A stretch of 64,000 bases of DNA. Origin: Candidatus Omnitrophota bacterium (lineage in GTDB: Bacteria > Omnitrophota > Gorgyraeia > Duberdicusellales > 4484-171). Shown here piece after piece: positions 59,248 through 64,000 of the stretch. Location: contig JAIPGM010000006.1 in the NCBI GenBank assembly GCA_021735655.1, positions 32,001 through 96,000 of the forward strand, written 5' to 3'. How positions within the stretch are numbered: the first letter of the stretch is position 1; each line of letters starts with the position of its first letter. The notes under the pieces are model-generated. The model ran no database searches, was not told the origin of the DNA, and saw only the letters and a program-made list of their open reading frames with translations. The translations under genes and the position numbers were made by a program.

Positions 59248-60145
59248 TTAATCCTCCTTTTAAACTTTTTAAATCTTTTAACTTCTTTCTCTCCAGATAT
59301 TTTTTTAACCCAGCAAGAATATTTTTAGCGGCGTTAGGCTCAACTAAATTTACTGTCCCTAAACTTACTGCGTCGGCGCCAGCTAAAATAAACTCTACTA
59401 CATCACTAGCTGTTTCAATGCCTCCACCACCGATGATCGGTATCTTTACATTTTTGGCTACCTTCCAAACTCGGTACAAAGCCATTGGTTTGATTGCTCT
59501 TCCCGAGTAGCCTCCGTAGATATTCCCTAAATACGGCTTTTTGGTTTCAATATTGATAGCCATCGAGAAAAAAGTATTAATTAGAGCTACTGCATCAGCG
59601 CCACCGCTCTTAACCGCCTTAGCAACCTCAACAATATCGGTTACCTCCGGGGTAATTTTGACAATCAAAGGTTTTTTAGTTAATTTTCGCAAAGCCTTAG
59701 TTAGCCTATAAGTACTTTGGGGGCTTTGGGAAACTAATTTTTTCAACTGTAAATTAGGACAAGATAAATTTAATTCAAAAGCACAAATGCCCTTTTGTTT
59801 ATCAAGCTTCTTTAAGCACTGCGAATACTCTTGATCCGAAAATCCTCCAATGCTAACAATACACTTAGTGGCTAACTTGTTGATTAAAGGGAGTTTTTCT
59901 TTAATAAATACATCAAGGCCGGGATTTTCAAGGCCGATCGAATTCATTACCCCAAATTCGGTTTCATAAATCCTTGGCGGTGGGTTACCTTCTCGAGCAG
60001 AAAGAGTTATGGTCTTGGTCGTAATTGCACCAATGGCCTTAAAATCGGCTAATCGTTTTAATTCTTCACCATAGCCAAAGGTTCCTGAAGCACATACGAA
60101 GGGGGTATCCAAAACCAATTTGCCTAATTTTACCTTTAAATTCAT
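59240..60145 (-). CDS. pyrD: dihydroorotate dehydrogenase catalytic subunit (class 1B)
   Basis: GGGGIETASDVVEFILAGADAV. Confidence 0.85.
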   Translation of the reverse strand: MNLKVKLGKLVLDTPFVCASGTFGYGEELKRLADFKAIGAITTKTITLSAREGNPPPRIYETEFGVMNSIGLENPGLDVFIKEKLPLINKLATKCIVSIGGFSDQEYSQCLKKLDKQKGICAFELNLSCPNLQLKKLVSQSPQSTYRLTKALRKLTKKPLIVKITPEVTDIVEVAKAVKSGGADAVALINTFFSMAINIETKKPYLGNIYGGYSGRAIKPMALYRVWKVAKNVKIPIIGGGGIETASDVVEFILAGADAVSLGTVNLVEPNAAKNILAGLKKYLERKKLKDLKSLKGGLIV

Positions 60146-60435
60146 CTGATATATTGTATTCTATATTCCGGTATTTTTCAAATAATACTTTTCCTAGGCT
60201 TGAATTTATATATATTTAAGCGTATACTAATATCCGAAGTAAACAAATTTCTCCTACTCTAAATCTATCATTAAAATAAAATGAAAGATTTAAACCAATA
60301 CTTACAAAATATCACTATCGCCAAAAATGAGCTTATGGAAAAATCATCCGACGAGACGTTTCGACGGAGGCCAACTCCGATATGCCCTATTACCGTAGAG
60401 ATACCTCGCGTTAGGCAACAAGGGAAGGAAAGTCT

Positions 60436-61059
60436 ATGTTAATATCGAAAAATCGACGATTCATTTTTATACATATTTATAAAAACGCAGGCACAAGTAT
60501 AACGAAAGCTCTTATGCCATTTACTATGAATAAATTGCAACGTAGTAGATTGGGTCAACAATTAAAAAGGCTCCACATACCATATTTCGAACCGCGGTCT
60601 TATCCAACCCACATCAATGCTTCAGAACTTATCACAGAAATAGGAAAAAATGTTTTTAATTCCTTTTTCTCTTTTGCTATTGTTCGGAACCCTTGGGATT
60701 GGCAAGTCTCGCTTTACCATTATACGCTAAAAGACACCAGCCATTTTCAGCACCAACTATTCAAAAACTTCAGAAACTTTGACGAATACATCAGATGGCG
60801 GTGTGCGGAGGAAGTTAGATTTCAAAAAGATTTTATCTATTCAAAAGATGGCACGCTGCTTGTAAACTTTGTAGGCAGATTCGAAAAGATAGATACTGAC
60901 TTTAAAACCATATGCTCCCACATTGGAGTTTCGGCATCACTCCCAAAACTCAATGTTTCTAATACAAAGCCCTATCAACAATTCTACAACGAAGAAACAA
61001 AAAATCTTGTAAGGCAAACCTTCGCTGCCGATATCGCTCTTTTTGGATACGACTTTTGA
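60436..61059 (+). CDS. sulfotransferase family protein (Sulfotransfer_2-like)
   Basis: N-terminal FIFIHIYKNAGTSI (PAPS-binding F.H.PK.GGT-like motif). Confidence 0.6.
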   Translation: MLISKNRRFIFIHIYKNAGTSITKALMPFTMNKLQRSRLGQQLKRLHIPYFEPRSYPTHINASELITEIGKNVFNSFFSFAIVRNPWDWQVSLYHYTLKDTSHFQHQLFKNFRNFDEYIRWRCAEEVRFQKDFIYSKDGTLLVNFVGRFEKIDTDFKTICSHIGVSASLPKLNVSNTKPYQQFYNEETKNLVRQTFAADIALFGYDF

Positions 61060-61092
61060 AAAAGATAGGTCATCAAGTAACGATGGGGTTGC

Positions 61093-61878
61093 TCAAACAA
61101 TATCTTTTATATTGAAAACCGGACCGTCTTTGCAAACCTTTCTGTAGCCTTGTTTTGTTTTGATAACGCAAGCGCAACAAATACCTAAACCACAACCCAT
61201 AAACTGTTCAAAAGAAACTTGGCAATTAACTTTAGGGTACTTTTTTAAAACCTTAGCTATCTCAAAAAGCATCTCTTTAGGACCGCAAGCAAAAACAGTA
61301 GTTTCTTTAGCTAGTTTGGTACCTTTCAAAACAGTTTCTAATAAATCGACCACAGTTCCTTTTTTGCCGCTGGAACCATCATCAGTAGAAACATAACTCT
61401 TAAACCCTAGTTTTTTAAATTCAGCCTCTGCCACAATGTCCTTCTTGGTTTTTGACCCAAGAAGAACTTTATTGTCTCCCTTGGGAAGCTTTTGAGCCAA
61501 ATAAACTAAAGGGGCAACGCCAATTCCTCCGGCCAGAAGAATGCTTTGTTTCTTCTCTCTGGCCACCCTCTTTCTGCTTAACTTAAAGCCTTCCCCTAGG
61601 GGGCCAATCATATCTAAAGCTATGCCTTTTTTGCTTTGGGAAAGTTTTTTTGTTCCGCGGCCGCGCACTCTAAAAAGCACTTTCGTTTTACCTTTTTCAA
61701 TCTTATGAATACTAAAAGGACGTCTTAGAATTACTGATTCAACCTTTATGTGTAAAAACTGGCCGGGCTGGGCCACTTTAGCCAGATAGGCAGAGGAAAA
61801 GCTCATCAAAAAAATATCACTTTTTATCTTTTTAATCTCCTTAACCTTTACTTTAAATTGTTTAGCTTTGTGATTCAT
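61093..61878 (-). CDS. pyrK: dihydroorotate dehydrogenase electron-transfer subunit
   Basis: FAD/NAD-binding fold plus C-terminal 2Fe-2S Cys cluster CGLGICCAC. Confidence 0.8.
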   Translation of the reverse strand: MNHKAKQFKVKVKEIKKIKSDIFLMSFSSAYLAKVAQPGQFLHIKVESVILRRPFSIHKIEKGKTKVLFRVRGRGTKKLSQSKKGIALDMIGPLGEGFKLSRKRVAREKKQSILLAGGIGVAPLVYLAQKLPKGDNKVLLGSKTKKDIVAEAEFKKLGFKSYVSTDDGSSGKKGTVVDLLETVLKGTKLAKETTVFACGPKEMLFEIAKVLKKYPKVNCQVSFEQFMGCGLGICCACVIKTKQGYRKVCKDGPVFNIKDIV

Positions 61879-61892
61879 GCCGTTTCATTCTA

Positions 61893-63761
61893 TCAAGAAA
61901 CTTGTGTTTTCTCAATCGCTTTTACTAATTTATCCGGAATAACAACTTCAGCCTCAAGCAACCCACGCAGAGAGTTTCCAATATACACCTTGTCAGCTTC
62001 GACAAAATCTTTAAGATACAAAACCTTCTCTTTGGCCCTTTCTTTTTTTAAAAGATGTTCACGAAGAACTCCCGGAAGCAAACCAGATTTTAAAGCTGGG
62101 GTATAGAGCTGCCCTTTTTTTAAAATAAATATGTTACTTATCGCGCCTTCCGTTAATTCTCCCCTGGTATTTAAAAAAATTACTTCAAAAAATCCTTTCC
62201 GGCTAGCCTCAAGCCTCTCTTGATCGTAAAGTTTACGCTTAGTTGTTTTGTGATACAAATAGACATCGCTAGAATCTGTTCTTGACCGGGATATCTTAAC
62301 CTTAACCGGGCAAACTATTTTTTTCAAAAGTTCCTTTCTAACCCTAACCTCTCCTTGCAAGGAAACCGATAATCTAACCTTAAACTCACCGTTGGCCGTA
62401 GAAGTCACCTTTTCTAGCTGGTCTTTAGCCTTTCTTATGTCTAAGGGCACTAAAAAATACTCACTTGATTTTTTTAATCGGGCTAGATGCAGCTTTAGAA
62501 AATGATAGTTGCCGTTAACCAACAAAAGAGTTTCTATCAACTCGAATTTAGCAAGCCCCTCAATAAAAAATTTAGTCTTCAGTAAAGCTTCTTCATATTC
62601 AGAACTGCCGACTGAATCGTAAACCACTCCACCGCCAATACCAATTTCCCCTCGCTGTCCTTCCAAGCTAAGTGTTCTTATTGCTACATTAAAACAACTA
62701 TCTCTTTGAGGTGAAATATAACCAATAGCCCCAGTATATACGCCGCGGGGTTCTTTTTCCAACTCATGAATCAACTGCATAGTTTTTATCTTCGGAGCTC
62801 CGGTAACTGAACCACAGGGAAAAAGAGCCGAAAACAATTCTTTCTGCTTAAGGTTATTCTTGAGTCGCGCTTGAATAGTTGAGGTCATTTGATAAAGAGT
62901 ACGGTGCTTTTCTATTTCAAAAAGTCTCGTTGCTGACACCGAGTCGGCAACTCTTCCTAAATCATTACGTAATAGATCAACAATCATTATATTTTCAGAT
63001 TTTATTTTATCGCTTTTTGTTAAACTCGTCCTTAGTCTTTCATCCTCCAACAAAGTTAACCCTCTCTTGATAGTCCCCTTCATTGGCCTAACAATTATTT
63101 TTCGATCCTTAACCCTAAAAAAAAGTTCTGGTGACAAAGAAATAACCTTATTACTTCCAGCGTTAATTACCCCGGCATAAGCGGTAGGCTGAGACCGGCG
63201 CAAATCAAAATAGCAATTTAAAAAGTCAACTTGCAAATCAAATTTAATCTTAAAAGTAAAATTAACTTGATAGGTTAGACCTTCAGCTAGATATCGCTTT
63301 ATCTTATTTATCTGTTTTAAGTATTGCTTGCGACTGATATTCGCCCGTAGATTTTTTGCTTGGCCTTGACGTAATGGTTCAGAAAAAATTTCTGTCCGTT
63401 TACCCCGAGTCATCCTATCTTGGCCAAAGATGGTTTTTGGTTTTTTGCAAACCCCCAACCAAGCCAAAGGCTCGTTGCTCTTTTTAGTCAAAGAAGCAAG
63501 AGCTGGTTCTAAAAAATATCCAAACTCATAAGAAAAATAACCCGAAAGCCAATAACCTTTATCTAAATAATTCTCTATTTTATTAAAAAATTCATCTAGA
63601 TCATCGTCACGATTAAAACTGACTATATCCACAAAATCAGAGAACAAAAATGAACCTTGGTTTTCCTTATCTAAACGTAGGCTCTCTAAAAACACATAGG
63701 GCGCATTTTGATTTTCTAATAATTTTCTTAGATAATCTTCGGAAAGTTGATCAAAGCTCAT
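61893..63761 (-). CDS. pabB: aminodeoxychorismate synthase component I fused to aminodeoxychorismate lyase-like (class IV aminotransferase fold) domain
   Basis: Chorismate-binding GSVTGAPKIKTMQLI...GVYTGAIGY; C-terminal about 190 aa PabC-like. Confidence 0.75.
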   Translation of the reverse strand: MSFDQLSEDYLRKLLENQNAPYVFLESLRLDKENQGSFLFSDFVDIVSFNRDDDLDEFFNKIENYLDKGYWLSGYFSYEFGYFLEPALASLTKKSNEPLAWLGVCKKPKTIFGQDRMTRGKRTEIFSEPLRQGQAKNLRANISRKQYLKQINKIKRYLAEGLTYQVNFTFKIKFDLQVDFLNCYFDLRRSQPTAYAGVINAGSNKVISLSPELFFRVKDRKIIVRPMKGTIKRGLTLLEDERLRTSLTKSDKIKSENIMIVDLLRNDLGRVADSVSATRLFEIEKHRTLYQMTSTIQARLKNNLKQKELFSALFPCGSVTGAPKIKTMQLIHELEKEPRGVYTGAIGYISPQRDSCFNVAIRTLSLEGQRGEIGIGGGVVYDSVGSSEYEEALLKTKFFIEGLAKFELIETLLLVNGNYHFLKLHLARLKKSSEYFLVPLDIRKAKDQLEKVTSTANGEFKVRLSVSLQGEVRVRKELLKKIVCPVKVKISRSRTDSSDVYLYHKTTKRKLYDQERLEASRKGFFEVIFLNTRGELTEGAISNIFILKKGQLYTPALKSGLLPGVLREHLLKKERAKEKVLYLKDFVEADKVYIGNSLRGLLEAEVVIPDKLVKAIEKTQVS

Positions 63762-63783
63762 TCAAAGAAACCTTGCTTATTTC

Positions 63784-64000
63784 TTATTGCAGTTTAGAAG
63801 TTTTTAAAATGCTTTCAACGTCTTTCAACCAGTCTAAGGTATAACCGCCAAACAATTCGCTTAATTTTTTAATTTGATAGTGATATTTTTTAGCCAAATA
63901 CACAGCTATTTCTTCTGGGATAGGCGCCTCTGGAGTAGGGCCAACTTTTTCCTGAAAACCCTCCGGTAAAAATTTCCTATCTGCGTTTACCCCCAAAAAA
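63784..64000 (-). CDS. C-terminal end of a gene extending beyond the window (function unknown)
   Basis: ORF runs from 63784 to the window edge on the minus strand. Confidence 0.3.
   Translation of the reverse strand, partial: FLGVNADRKFLPEGFQEKVGPTPEAPIPEEIAVYLAKKYHYQIKKLSELFGGYTLDWLKDVESILKTSKLQ

Noticed and set aside
60282-60443. 53-codon ORF (MKDLNQYLQNITIAKNELMEKSSDETFRRRPTPICPITVEIPRVRQQGKESLC) overlapping the sulfotransferase start
   Set aside because: No recognisable domain and it overlaps a better-supported gene out of frame. It is mentioned only as part of the possible insertion.

Overview
AT-rich bacterial chromosomal segment (low GC by eye). Most genes are housekeeping and run on the minus strand. 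The exception is one large accessory island at about 4.3-13.4 kb, a complete integron. It consists of a tyrosine-recombinase gene carrying the integron-integrase (IntI) signature on the minus strand (4347..5699) and an AT-rich attI region ending in a GTTAGAT core site. These are followed by a plus-strand array of nine cassettes, each a single promoter-less ORF. The cassettes are separated by nine homologous attC sites that are GC-rich, 70-170 bp imperfect palindromes beginning with (A/C)TAACAA and ending with GTTRRRY. A tenth ORF without a visible attC abuts era. The cassette products are small secreted or membrane proteins: two YwqK/MORN-variant repeat proteins, a complete signal peptidase I with an N-terminal membrane extension, and several unknowns. 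The core genes are era, gatCAB, rpoD, dnaG, tsaD, ctpA, pheST, trkH/trkA, rplT-rpmI-infC-thrS, pyrK/pyrD/pyrF and a pabB-pabC fusion, plus a V-type ATPase operon in the Chlamydia/spirochaete-like order E-X-A-B-D-I-K. Two tRNAs are present: Leu-GAG on the plus strand and Val-TAC on the minus strand. Secondary points of interest are a bactofilin fused to an excisionase-type HTH with an adjacent HTH-TM partner, a PilZ-TM-(alpha/alpha)6-like fusion protein, PheT lacking its tRNA-binding domain while a free CsaA/Trbp111 gene is present, a sulfotransferase inserted divergently between pyrK and pyrD, a FIST/histidine-kinase/receiver-GGDDF module, and a candidate structured RNA between pheT and rarA.
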